This document shows, piece by piece, positions 12,799 to 21,986 of a stretch of 34,131 nucleotides of DNA. The stretch is taken from contig JAYKHR010000041.1 in assembly GCA_035285125.1 (NCBI GenBank), forward strand, positions 1 to 34,131, given 5' to 3'. The stretch comes from Candidatus Sericytochromatia bacterium. Lineage in GTDB: Bacteria; Cyanobacteriota; Sericytochromatia; S15B-MN24; JAQBPE01. Below the pieces are notes generated by a model that worked only from the letters and a program-made list of their open reading frames with translations, had not been told where the DNA came from and made no database searches. The position numbers and the translations under genes are program-made. Each line of letters begins with the position of its first letter. Position 1 is the stretch's first letter.

Positions 12799-13871
12799 CC
12801 CCCTCCGCGCCGCTGGCCACCATCCTGGCTCGCGATGTTGCTGCGATCGTCGCGCGGCCCGTGCCCTGGGAGCGCCTTGCCGGGGCCCATGTCCTCGTCA
12901 CGGGCGCCTCGGGCTTCCTGGGCGGGTGGTTTGTGCGGACCCTGCTTGGGCTGCACCCCCTCGGCAAGGTCGAGGCTCCGGTGCGCGTCACGGCCATGGT
13001 GCGCGATCCGGGGCGGGCCCGCCTCCAGCTTTCGGACGTGGCGGATGCCCCGGGCCTGTCGCTGCTGCCTTGGGACCTCACGCGGCTGGAGTTGCCACCC
13101 TGGCCTGAAGACGTCGACCACGTCGTGCATGCAGCGAGCCTTGCGAGTCCCCGGCACTACGGTGTGGACCCACTGGGAACGATCCTGCCGAACGCCGTGG
13201 GGACTGCCGGATTGCTGGAGTGCCTTGGGCGGGGTGGCCGGGGCCGGGGCTTCCTCTTCGTCAGCACCAGCGAGGTCTACGGGGCTGTGGGGGGCGAAGC
13301 GCCCCTGGCCGAGGGCGACTACGGCGTGGTTGACCCCGCGGCCGTCCGGGCCTGCTACGCCGAAAGCAAACGGCTCGGCGAGGCCCTCTGCGTGGCCTGG
13401 CACCACCAGCACGGCCTGCCCACGCACATCGTGCGCCCTTTCCACACCTTCGGGCCAGGCCTCAGGCCAGACGACGGGCGGGTGTTCGCGGATTTCGTCC
13501 AGAACGTCATCCGGGGGGAGCCGCTCGTGATGACCAGCGACGGGGCGGCGCGTCGGGCCTTCTGCTACGTCTCGGACGCGATCGCGGGCTGCTTCACGGC
13601 GTGGCTGCTCGGGCAGCCGGGGCGGCCCTACAACGTGGCCAACCCGGCCGGTGAGCGCTCCATCGCCGAGCTGGCCGAGCTGTTGGCCGGCCTCTACCCG
13701 GCGCGGGGGCTGCGCGTCGAGCGGCGGGCCGCGGCCGGTGGCTACCTCCCGAGCACCTACTCGCGCCTGAGCGCCGACGTGTCGGCTCTTTCGGCGCTGG
13801 GCTGGCGGCCCGAGGTTACGCTCGAGGACGGCTTCCGCCGCACGATTGAGGCGAGCGCATGGACCTCGTGA
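12795..13871 (+). CDS. NAD-dependent epimerase/dehydratase (UDP-glucuronate decarboxylase-like SDR)
   Basis: ATGA overlap; [53 protein letters not shown]. Confidence 0.88.
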   Translation: MTPSAPLATILARDVAAIVARPVPWERLAGAHVLVTGASGFLGGWFVRTLLGLHPLGKVEAPVRVTAMVRDPGRARLQLSDVADAPGLSLLPWDLTRLELPPWPEDVDHVVHAASLASPRHYGVDPLGTILPNAVGTAGLLECLGRGGRGRGFLFVSTSEVYGAVGGEAPLAEGDYGVVDPAAVRACYAESKRLGEALCVAWHHQHGLPTHIVRPFHTFGPGLRPDDGRVFADFVQNVIRGEPLVMTSDGAARRAFCYVSDAIAGCFTAWLLGQPGRPYNVANPAGERSIAELAELLAGLYPARGLRVERRAAAGGYLPSTYSRLSADVSALSALGWRPEVTLEDGFRRTIEASAWTS

Positions 13872-14791
13872 CGTTGAAGGCCGCGCATGCGGCCGGGCAG
13901 CTCGACAAACCCACCTTCATCCGCCGCGCCCTCGCGCTGCACGCCTCGCTGTTCGACACGGCCCGGGCGCTGGCGGACACCGAGGTCCGGGCGATCACGC
14001 TGAGCCCCGAGGGCGTCTGCTTCGAGGTCGGTCCCGCGCGGCTCCGGCTCTGGTGTCCGCCTGACGAGGCCCGCGTGGCGCCGATCGAGACGCTCAACTT
14101 CGACCGCTACGAACCCCGCGAGATGGCCGTGCTCGAGGCGTTGGCCGACGGCTGTCGCGCGATGCTCGACGTCGGGGCCAACATTGGCTGGTACGCCGTG
14201 TGGTTCGCCACGCGGGTGCCGGCGGGGCGCGTGTGGGCCTTCGAGCCGCTGCCCGGGCCCTACGCCTACCTCCAGCGCAACGTCGCGGCCAACGACGTCG
14301 GCGATCGCGTCGCCACCTTCAACCTCGGGCTCTCCCGCAAGAACGGCGTGGCGACCTTCCACTTCGCCCCGACCAACGGCACGAACGCCTCGCTGCTCAA
14401 CGTCGCCGAGGCGCCGGACGCCGTGCCCGTCATCGGGGTGACGATGCGGCTCGATGACTGGGTCACGGCACACGGGGTGGTGCCAGACCTGGTGAAGTGC
14501 GACGTCGAGGGGGCGGAGCTTTGGGTGTTCGAGGGGGCGGAAGGTACGCTGGCGAAGCACCGGCCGGCCGTTCTCGCCGAGCTGCTGCGCAAGTGGTCGC
14601 GACCCTTCGGCTACCACCCGACTGACGTGCTGGAGTTCTTCCGGCGGCTTGGCTACCGTGCCCTCGCCATCGGAGGCGAGCGGCCTCGCCTCATCGAGGC
14701 CGTGGATGACGAGACAGTCGAGACCAACTACGTCTTCTTGCACCCTGCGCGCCATGGCGACGTGCTGGCGCGGCTGCTGGGGGAGGGCTGA
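13859..14791 (+). CDS. FkbM family methyltransferase
   Basis: LDVGANIGWY, VWAFEP.P, RLDD, DLVKCDVEGAELWVFEG. Confidence 0.92.
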   Translation: MDLVTLKAAHAAGQLDKPTFIRRALALHASLFDTARALADTEVRAITLSPEGVCFEVGPARLRLWCPPDEARVAPIETLNFDRYEPREMAVLEALADGCRAMLDVGANIGWYAVWFATRVPAGRVWAFEPLPGPYAYLQRNVAANDVGDRVATFNLGLSRKNGVATFHFAPTNGTNASLLNVAEAPDAVPVIGVTMRLDDWVTAHGVVPDLVKCDVEGAELWVFEGAEGTLAKHRPAVLAELLRKWSRPFGYHPTDVLEFFRRLGYRALAIGGERPRLIEAVDDETVETNYVFLHPARHGDVLARLLGEG

Positions 14792-14794
14792 GCT

Positions 14795-15799
14795 ATGCTG
14801 GCGGCAGGCGCTGAGGCGCGGCCTGAACGGGTTTCGGTGGTCGTTCCGTGCTTCAATGAGGTCGACAACGTCGGCGAGCTCCACGCGCGAATTGCGGGCG
14901 TGCTGGAGGGTCAGGGCGTCGAATGGGAGCTGATTTTCATCGACAACGCCTCCACCGACGGCACGCGGGAGGCCATCGTGGCGTTGATCGCCCGGGACCC
15001 ACGCGTGCGCCTGATCGTCAACGTGCGCAACTTCGGCCCTGTGCGCTCGCCTTATCATGGCCTGCTGCAGGCGTCTGGCGAGGCCGTCATCCTCATGGCT
15101 GCCGACATGCAAGACCCGCCCGAACTGCTCCCGAGCTTCCTGGCCCGCTGGCGCGAGGGTGCGCGGATTGTGCTCGCAGTCAAGGAGTCCAGCGAGGAGT
15201 CGCCAGTACTCTACGCCATACGCACGGCCTACTACCGGCTTATCAGTCGGCTCTCCCAGCTGGATATCACGCGGCATGCCACTGGCTTTGGGCTTTATGA
15301 CAGGGTGGTCATGGATGCCCTGCGCGAGATCCCCGACACCTATCCGTACTTCCGGGGGCTCATCCACGAACTCGGCTTTCCGATGGCCAGGGTCACTTTC
15401 AGGCAGCCGCAGCGGCGGCGCGGCCTTACCAAGAACAACTTTTACACCCTCTACGACCAGGGCATGCTGGGCATCACAAACCACTCCAAGGTGCCGCTGC
15501 GCATCGCGACGATGGTCGGCTTTTTGGTGGGGGCGTGCAGCCTGGTCGTGGCGTTCGGCTACCTTGTTGCCAAGTTGCTGCTCTGGGGCCAGTTCCCGAA
15601 CATCGGGCAGGCTCCGACCGTCATCGGCCTCTTCTTTTTCAGCTCGGTCCAGCTTTTCTTCATCGGCTTGCTTGGGGAGTACGTGCTGGCCATCCACACC
15701 CAGGTGCACCGCCGCCCCCGCGTCGTGGAGCTTGAGCGCGTCAACTTCCCCGAGATCAATGCCGTCGTGGAGCCACCCGCTGATGGCGCACGTGTTTGA
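14795..15799 (+). CDS. GT2 polyprenyl-phosphate glycosyltransferase (GtrB/DPM-like)
   Basis: SVVVPCFNEVDN, IDNASTDGT, RNFG, ADMQDPP, two C-terminal TM helices, IGLLGEY. Confidence 0.92.
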   Translation: MLAAGAEARPERVSVVVPCFNEVDNVGELHARIAGVLEGQGVEWELIFIDNASTDGTREAIVALIARDPRVRLIVNVRNFGPVRSPYHGLLQASGEAVILMAADMQDPPELLPSFLARWREGARIVLAVKESSEESPVLYAIRTAYYRLISRLSQLDITRHATGFGLYDRVVMDALREIPDTYPYFRGLIHELGFPMARVTFRQPQRRRGLTKNNFYTLYDQGMLGITNHSKVPLRIATMVGFLVGACSLVVAFGYLVAKLLLWGQFPNIGQAPTVIGLFFFSSVQLFFIGLLGEYVLAIHTQVHRRPRVVELERVNFPEINAVVEPPADGARV

Positions 15800-16619
15800 G
15801 CCGGCGCTCGCCCGGGCCCTCGCCCGCGACATCCGCCTCGCGGCGTTGCAGATGGTGCATGCGGCCCGGGCCTCCCACATCGGCGGTGCGCTCTCGATGG
15901 CCGACGTGCTCGGGGTGCTATACGGCGGCTGGCTGAGGGTCGATCCCGCGCGCCCTGACGATCCGGCTCGTGATCGCTTCATTCTCAGCAAGGGCCACGC
16001 GTGCACCGCTCTTTATGCGGCTCTGGCGCTTCGTGGCTTTTTCCCCCGGGCCTGGCTGGATGGCTATGCCCGCGACGGCTCGTTGCTCATGAGCCACGTG
16101 AGCCACCATGTGCCGGGCGTCGAGTTCTCCACGGGCTCGCTCGGCCACGGTCTGCCTTTCGCCGTCGGCAAGGCCCTCGCCGCGAACGTCCGGCGGGAGG
16201 GGTGGCGGACGGTGGCTCTGCTCAGCGACGGCGAGCTTGACGAGGGGTCGAACTGGGAGGCGCTGCTCTTTGCTGGCCACCATCGCCTCTCGGGCCTCAC
16301 GGCTGTGGTGGACTGCAACGGCATCCAGAGCCTGGGCCGCGTCGAGGAGACGCTGTCGCTGGAGCCGCTGGCTGCCAAGCTGGAGGCCTTCGGGTGGGAG
16401 GCCCTGGAGGTCGACGGCCATGACGTCGAGGCCTTGCATCAAGCCCTGTCCGCGTCGCGTACGGGTCGGCCCCGGGCCATTGTCGCGCGCACCGTCAAGG
16501 GCAAGGGAGTGAGCTTCATGGAGGACCGGCTCGAGTGGCACTACAAGAGCCCCGACGCGGCGCAGCTCGCGGCGGCCCGTGCTGAGCTGGGGGGGGACGA
16601 TGCGCACCGCCTTTCTTGA
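15783..16619 (+). CDS. Transketolase, N-terminal (TPP-binding) subunit
   Basis: SHIGGALS, RDRFILSKGH, STGSLGHGL, SDGELDEGSNWE, TVKGKGVSFME..LEWH; ATG at 15783. Confidence 0.95.
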   Translation: MAHVFEPALARALARDIRLAALQMVHAARASHIGGALSMADVLGVLYGGWLRVDPARPDDPARDRFILSKGHACTALYAALALRGFFPRAWLDGYARDGSLLMSHVSHHVPGVEFSTGSLGHGLPFAVGKALAANVRREGWRTVALLSDGELDEGSNWEALLFAGHHRLSGLTAVVDCNGIQSLGRVEETLSLEPLAAKLEAFGWEALEVDGHDVEALHQALSASRTGRPRAIVARTVKGKGVSFMEDRLEWHYKSPDAAQLAAARAELGGDDAHRLS

Positions 16620-17475
16620 TGGCCTGCTGGCCGCTGCCCGAGAAAACCCGCGGGTCGTGCTGGTTGTGGGGGACCTCGGCTTCAGTGTGGTCGAGCCGTT
16701 TCGAGACGCCTTCCCGGAGCGCTTCTTTAATGCTGGCGTTGCTGAGCAGAACATGATGGGGCTCGCCGCCGGATTGGCGTCCGAGGGCTTCCATGTCTTC
16801 GCCTACTCGATCGCCAATTTCCCGACCTTTCGCTGCGCCGAGCAGATCCGCAACGACGTCGCCTATCACCGGCTGCCCGTCACGGTGGTGGCTGTGGGTG
16901 GTGGGCTTGCCTACGGCTCGCTGGGATACTCCCACCACGCGGTGCAGGACTACGCGTTGCTGCGGGCCTTTCCTCACATGCTGCTTGCGGCCCCCGGCGA
17001 TCCGCCGGAGGTCGCTGCCTGCCTGGCGCACCTCCTGGCACACCCCCAGCCCAGCTACTTGCGCCTCGGCAAGGCTGGCGAGCCCGCCCTTCGGCCAGTT
17101 CCGCCGAGCTTGACGCCAGGCCGCTGGGTGCCCCTGGTGGAGGGTGAGGGGCGGGTGGCAATCGTCACCACCGGCACGGCCCTCGGGCTGGCCCACGGCT
17201 GGCTGGCGCGCCCAGCGTGGCAGGGGGCCTCGCTCTTCACGCTGCCCCTTTGGGGGATGGGCCAGAAGTCCCTTCAGGCCGAGCAGGTTGCCCGTTTCGA
17301 GCGGGTCGTCACGGTTGAGGACCACCTCCTCGACGGCGGCTTCGGTAGCTGGCTGCTGGAGGCGGTGGCCGCCGAGGGGCTCGCGGGGCGCATCATGCCC
17401 CGTGCGTTGGCCGCCGACAGCCTCGGGCACGTTGGCAGCCAGGCAGTCCTCGAGGCTCTCGGAGGCCTTGGCTGA
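16600..17475 (+). CDS. Transketolase, C-terminal (pyrimidine-binding) subunit
   Basis: MRTAF, GDLG, FPERFFNAGVAEQNMMGLAAGLA, EQIRND, G.SHHA..D, YLRLGK, VTVEDH..DGGFGS. Confidence 0.95.
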   Translation: MRTAFLDGLLAAARENPRVVLVVGDLGFSVVEPFRDAFPERFFNAGVAEQNMMGLAAGLASEGFHVFAYSIANFPTFRCAEQIRNDVAYHRLPVTVVAVGGGLAYGSLGYSHHAVQDYALLRAFPHMLLAAPGDPPEVAACLAHLLAHPQPSYLRLGKAGEPALRPVPPSLTPGRWVPLVEGEGRVAIVTTGTALGLAHGWLARPAWQGASLFTLPLWGMGQKSLQAEQVARFERVVTVEDHLLDGGFGSWLLEAVAAEGLAGRIMPRALAADSLGHVGSQAVLEALGGLG

Positions 17476-17479
17476 CGCG

Positions 17480-19756
17480 ATGGCTTGGGACGCATCGTCA
17501 CGGGGGCCCACGTTGGCCTGGCGGGAGGCGGCCGCCACGCTGCTGGTGGCCGTCAGCGCCCTGGTGGCTGCCGGGGCGTTGTGGTGGCTTGACCCGACGT
17601 TCTTTTGGCGGGATGACTGCCAGATCTGGGCCGTGCCCACCCAGGTGGACCTCCTGCGGGCCTGGCGCGCGGGGGAGTGGCCCACGCTGACACCCTATTC
17701 GATGCAGGCGACGACGCTGCTCGCCGAGTACCAGCCTGGCCTGCTGAACCCGATGGCCTGCCTGGCGGCGGTGCTGTCGGGCTGGCTGTCCGGGGGACGG
17801 CCGGCGGCGCTCGCTGCGGTTGGCGCCGCCTTCTGGCTCGCCGTCACAGCGACGGGGGCATTCCGGCTCGCCCGTCGCGAAGGCCTGGAAGCGCCGCTCG
17901 CCTGCCTCGTCGCGGCGGTCGGGGCCTTTAGTGGCTGGAGCATGAGTTGGGCGGCGACGAACTGGCAGGTGGCGCAGGTGGGCTTCGGCTGCCTGACGTG
18001 GGCCTGGTGGGCCCTGGCGGGGGCCTCGCGCGGTCGCGCCTGGCTGCCGGCGGCGGCCTGCGTGGCGCTGCTGCTCACGGCGGGGTGGCCCCTCACGGTC
18101 GTGATGGGGGCGCTCGTGTCTGCCCTGTTGCTGCTGCGGGAAGGCCCCGGTCGGGCTTGGCGCCCCCTCGCGCTGGCCTGGGTGGTCGGGCTGGCCTGGG
18201 CTGCCCCTGCCCTGCTGCCCTTCGTTTCCCATGCCCAGACGTCCTTGCGGGCCCAGTTGACGGCCGTGTGGCAGTGGCAGTGGCTCGTTCCGCCGCTGGC
18301 GCTGCCTGCCCTCTGGCTGCCTGCCTTCGTCGCTCCGTGGCAGGTGTTCGGGACGCTCAAGCCCCATGTCTCGCTGGAGCTTGCCAACGGGCTGGTCCCT
18401 TCCGCCGTGGCGCTTGCGGCCCTTGCTTGGCGGCCGACCGTCGCCTCCCGCGCCCTGCGCTCGGCCGCCTGGCTTGCCATCGGCGTCGGGCTGCTGGCCT
18501 GCTTACCGAGCGTGGGCATGTTCCGCTGGAGCTTTCGTTGGCTCCCGCTGTTCCACCTGGCCTCCGCCCTGGCGGCTGCCCTGTGGCTGCAGGCCGCCTG
18601 GCGCGCGCGCGCTGCTGTGCCTCTGCCTTGGGTCCACAACCCCGGCCTGCTAGGCGCCATCGCGGTGGGGTTGGCCTGGGTCGTGGCGTTTCCGATCCCT
18701 GGGGTCGTGGGGCCACTCGCGGCTGCGAGCCTGGGGGTGGCTTTGGCCTGGGCCGCCGCCGAGCGCTGGGCGCCGCCGCACGTGCGCGCCTGGGCTCCTG
18801 CCACGTGCGCGGTGCTCGTGCTCTGTGTGACCTATCGCCTGGTCCCCACGGCCCTCGACGTGCCCAGCTGGCCGCTCTCGGCGGACCTGGACCGCCCGGC
18901 GCCGCTCGAGGTGGGCCGGCGCTACCTGGCGCTTGTCACGGAGAAGGACTACTTCCAGGTCGGCGTCCGCCAGCCGGGCTTCGGCGAGCTGGTTCGCCCT
19001 GGCCAGACGCCACTGCTGGCGGGCCTGAGCTTCGTCAACGGCTACACCCCCCTGCCCCGTCGCGGGATCTGGCTCGCTTTCCAGTTCGGGCCCCACGGCT
19101 ACATGTCCGAGCAGGCCCTGCAGCGGGCGGTCGGGCGGGACGCGCAGCCTGGGGGCCTGCTCTCACGCCTTGGCGTCGACGGGTTGGTGCTCGGATCGCT
19201 CCAGCGGCACCACGCGCCGTGGCTCGTGTCCCAGGGTTGGACGGTGGTCGCCGAGCGGCGCGAGGGCCTGTTGCTGCACCGCCGCGGCTCCCTCTCACCG
19301 CTTGTTGTCGCCGTGCCTGGTGTCCGCCACGAGGTGCTCGATGGTCGGCCGCCCTGGTGGCTGGCACTCGGTCAGACCGATGGTCTGAGCGTGATCCCGT
19401 CCGAGCGCGAGCCGCGTTCCGTGGAGCGGCTCTCACCACGAGCCGTGGCGCTGAGGGGTGCCTCGCGCACGGCCGTGGATGTCGAGGTTTCGCCGGGCCC
19501 CGGGCCGGCGATTGTCGCGGTGCGTGTGCCCTGGCTCGACGGCTGGGAGGCCTCGCTCGCCGGGCACCCCGTTGCGCTGGTATCCTTGGATGGCATCGTG
19601 GTCGGGGCGCGCATCCCGGCGGGTGCCGGTGGCTTGCTTCAGCTGCGCTACTGGCCGCCTGGCTTGCGCCTCGGGTGGGCACTGGCCCTTGGCGTCACGG
19701 TGGTGGTCCTGGGGATGTTCGGGTGGCGCCGGCGGCGCGCCCGGGCGCGCGCGTGA
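17480..19756 (+). CDS. YfhO-like polytopic membrane protein, putative GT-C glycosyltransferase (paralog 2)
   Basis: Colinear with 7348-9639: FFWRDD, RAW.AGEWP..TP, EYQPG, SWAA.NW, ELANGLVP, LPS.G.FRWS.RWL, FVNGY, RLGVDGLVL, DG.V.G..IPAG.GG.L.LR.WP.GL. Confidence 0.75.
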   Translation: MAWDASSRGPTLAWREAAATLLVAVSALVAAGALWWLDPTFFWRDDCQIWAVPTQVDLLRAWRAGEWPTLTPYSMQATTLLAEYQPGLLNPMACLAAVLSGWLSGGRPAALAAVGAAFWLAVTATGAFRLARREGLEAPLACLVAAVGAFSGWSMSWAATNWQVAQVGFGCLTWAWWALAGASRGRAWLPAAACVALLLTAGWPLTVVMGALVSALLLLREGPGRAWRPLALAWVVGLAWAAPALLPFVSHAQTSLRAQLTAVWQWQWLVPPLALPALWLPAFVAPWQVFGTLKPHVSLELANGLVPSAVALAALAWRPTVASRALRSAAWLAIGVGLLACLPSVGMFRWSFRWLPLFHLASALAAALWLQAAWRARAAVPLPWVHNPGLLGAIAVGLAWVVAFPIPGVVGPLAAASLGVALAWAAAERWAPPHVRAWAPATCAVLVLCVTYRLVPTALDVPSWPLSADLDRPAPLEVGRRYLALVTEKDYFQVGVRQPGFGELVRPGQTPLLAGLSFVNGYTPLPRRGIWLAFQFGPHGYMSEQALQRAVGRDAQPGGLLSRLGVDGLVLGSLQRHHAPWLVSQGWTVVAERREGLLLHRRGSLSPLVVAVPGVRHEVLDGRPPWWLALGQTDGLSVIPSEREPRSVERLSPRAVALRGASRTAVDVEVSPGPGPAIVAVRVPWLDGWEASLAGHPVALVSLDGIVVGARIPAGAGGLLQLRYWPPGLRLGWALALGVTVVVLGMFGWRRRRARARA

Positions 19757-19763
19757 GGTTGCC

Positions 19764-20750
19764 GTGGCGAGCCTACTCGATTGCACGCTGCGGGACGGTG
19801 GCCACCTGAACGGGTGGCGCTTCTCCCACGAGCTGGTGCGGGCCCTGCTGGTGGCCGCGGCCCGCTCGGGTGTGGATGCCGTTGAGCTCGGCTATGCCCA
19901 CAGCCCCACCGACTCGCAGGGCCCCTGCGCCGCGGTTACGGCGGCCTGGCTCGATGAGGTGACGGCCGACCTCGCTCCCCTGCCGAGGCTGGCCGTGATG
20001 ATCGACGCAGGCCGCTGTGAGCCGGGAGCCGTCCTCCCGCTCGGGGCTGGGTGGGAGGGGCTGGTGCGCGTGGCTGCCTACCCCCACGAGTTGCCCCGCG
20101 CCTTCGAGCTGGTCCGCGCCCTGCTGGCGGAGGGCCAGGCGGTTTGTCTGAACCTGTCGGCGGGGTCGGCCCTCGGTCCTGCTGAGCTTGAGGCCCTCGC
20201 AGGCTTCGAGGGGCTCGGGGCCCTCGAAGCCGTGGTGCTTGCCGACAGCTTCGGCGCCCTGCTGCCCGACCGGACGCGCTCCCTGCTCCAGGCGTTGCGG
20301 GTGATCGGCTGCCGACGCCTCGGCTTTCATGCGCACAACAACCTCCAGCTGGCCTTCGCCAACGCCCTCGCGGCGCTTGAGGCAGGTGTCGAGTCGCTAG
20401 ACGCCTGCGCTTTCGGGATGGGGCGAGGGGCTGGCAACCTCCCGATGGAGTTGATCCTCGGCCACCTGCAGCGGGGGAGCGGGCGGCTGTCGGTGGCCCC
20501 CTACCTTGCATTTGTGGAGACGCATATCGCGCCCCTGCAGCCTGCAATCGACTGGGGCTACACCCTGCCCGGGTTGCTCTCCGGCCTCGGTGGGTTGCAC
20601 CCGAGCTATGGCCCGGCGCTGGTCGCGCGGGCTGGCTCCGCGGCGGCAGCTTGGCAGGCGCTGGCGGAGGTCGACGGGGCGTTGCCCCTCGGCTACGAGG
20701 CGGCGGCGCTGGCGCGGGCCTGGCGTGGGCCGCTGCAGGTGAGGCCATGA
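19764..20750 (+). CDS. HMGL-like (DRE-TIM) aldolase, 4-hydroxy-2-oxovalerate aldolase-like
   Basis: LLDCTLRDGG, VELGY, ADSFG, GFHAHNNLQLAFAN, GMGRGAGN; GTG after GAGGT. Confidence 0.88.
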   Translation: MASLLDCTLRDGGHLNGWRFSHELVRALLVAAARSGVDAVELGYAHSPTDSQGPCAAVTAAWLDEVTADLAPLPRLAVMIDAGRCEPGAVLPLGAGWEGLVRVAAYPHELPRAFELVRALLAEGQAVCLNLSAGSALGPAELEALAGFEGLGALEAVVLADSFGALLPDRTRSLLQALRVIGCRRLGFHAHNNLQLAFANALAALEAGVESLDACAFGMGRGAGNLPMELILGHLQRGSGRLSVAPYLAFVETHIAPLQPAIDWGYTLPGLLSGLGGLHPSYGPALVARAGSAAAAWQALAEVDGALPLGYEAAALARAWRGPLQVRP

Positions 20751-21781
20751 ACCCCAGGATGTCGCAGCTGCGGGCCCTGTTTGACGCTGGGGCCTACTTC
20801 AAGCTGGTCTGTGGCGCGGGCAACGCCGATGCGCGCGAGGTTGAGCGGCTGGCCGCCATTTACACCCTCGCCGGCGCCAATGGCTTCGACGTCGCGGCCG
20901 TGCCCTCCGTGGTCGAGGCCTGCGGGGTTGGCATCAACAGGGCCTACGGGCTGGCTTCGGGGCTCGGGGTCGCCATCCCCGTGCGGCCCTTCATCACCGT
21001 CAGCGTCGGCGTCCCGGGAGACCACCACGTTCGAAAGGCTCTCATCACGGATGCTTGCGTGGCCTGTGGCAAGTGCATCCCTGCCTGCCCTACGGAGGCG
21101 ATCCCGGCCAACCTCGTTGTCATCCGAGATCGCTGCATTGGTTGCGGGGCCTGTGAGGCGGCCTGCCCGCCGCGGATCGCGGCGATTGCCTACGAGCACG
21201 ATGAGAAGGGCCTGCGCGACACGCTGCCGCGCTGCCTGGCGGCGGGGGCCGAGAACATCGAGCTGCATGCCGCGGTGCCCGACGACGACGCCATTCTGGA
21301 CGAGTGGCGCGTGGTTGCCGAGGTGCAGCCCGACCACTTCATCTCGATGTGCCTCGACCGGCAGCACCTCTCGAACACACAGCTGATGGGGCGCATCCGG
21401 CAGGCCCACGCGGTCGCGGGCCAGCGGCTGATCATTCAGGCTGACGGCGTCCCAATGAGCGGCGGCAGGGACGACGCCAACACCACGCTCCAGGCGATCG
21501 CCACGGCCGACATCATCCGCAAGCAGCTCATCGACGTGGATCGCGCCTTCAAGCACCTGCCCGTGCTGCTCTCAGGGGGCACCAACTCCCACACGGGGGC
21601 CTTGGCTCGCGCCTGTGGCGTGCCCTTCGCGGGCGTCGCCATCGGCACGCACGCGCGCAAGGTCGTGAAGCCGGCCCTTGAAGTGGCTGACCTCTGGTCG
21701 CAGCCCGCGCTGCTTGCCGCCGCCGTCGACGCCGCGCGGGACCTCGTGAGCGCCAGCCTCGGCCTGCCGCAGCCGGCCTGA
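20747..21781 (+). CDS. LdpA-like 2x[4Fe-4S] protein
   Basis: ATGA overlap with the aldolase. FKLVCGAG, YTLAGA..FDVAA, D.H.RKA, CVACGKCIPACP and CIGCGACEAACP, IELH, QADGVPMSG, LSGGTN.HT parallel cyanobacterial LdpA motifs. Confidence 0.82.
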   Translation: MNPRMSQLRALFDAGAYFKLVCGAGNADAREVERLAAIYTLAGANGFDVAAVPSVVEACGVGINRAYGLASGLGVAIPVRPFITVSVGVPGDHHVRKALITDACVACGKCIPACPTEAIPANLVVIRDRCIGCGACEAACPPRIAAIAYEHDEKGLRDTLPRCLAAGAENIELHAAVPDDDAILDEWRVVAEVQPDHFISMCLDRQHLSNTQLMGRIRQAHAVAGQRLIIQADGVPMSGGRDDANTTLQAIATADIIRKQLIDVDRAFKHLPVLLSGGTNSHTGALARACGVPFAGVAIGTHARKVVKPALEVADLWSQPALLAAAVDAARDLVSASLGLPQPA

Positions 21782-21929
21782 TGGCGGCCCTTGGGTGCTG
21801 GCTGACAGGCGACGCGCCACGCGTCTGGCGGGAGTGGCGCGAGGGCCAGAGGCAGGCTGCAGCTTACGCATGGCGTCGCATCAAGTCCTGGCCTTCGGCC
21901 GCCGAAGCATCCCTCGGGGAGGCCCCGTC

Positions 21930-21938
21930 TGGTATCCT
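21930..21938 (+). promoter_or_regulatory. Putative extended -10 element (TGGTATCCT) for glycan module B
   Basis: TGnTAnnnT in the only sizeable gap of the cluster (21782-21986). Confidence 0.5.
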
Positions 21939-21986
21939 GACGTCGCGCCGGCCTGTCGGCCCGGGGCGCCGCGAGGGAGCAGCCCG

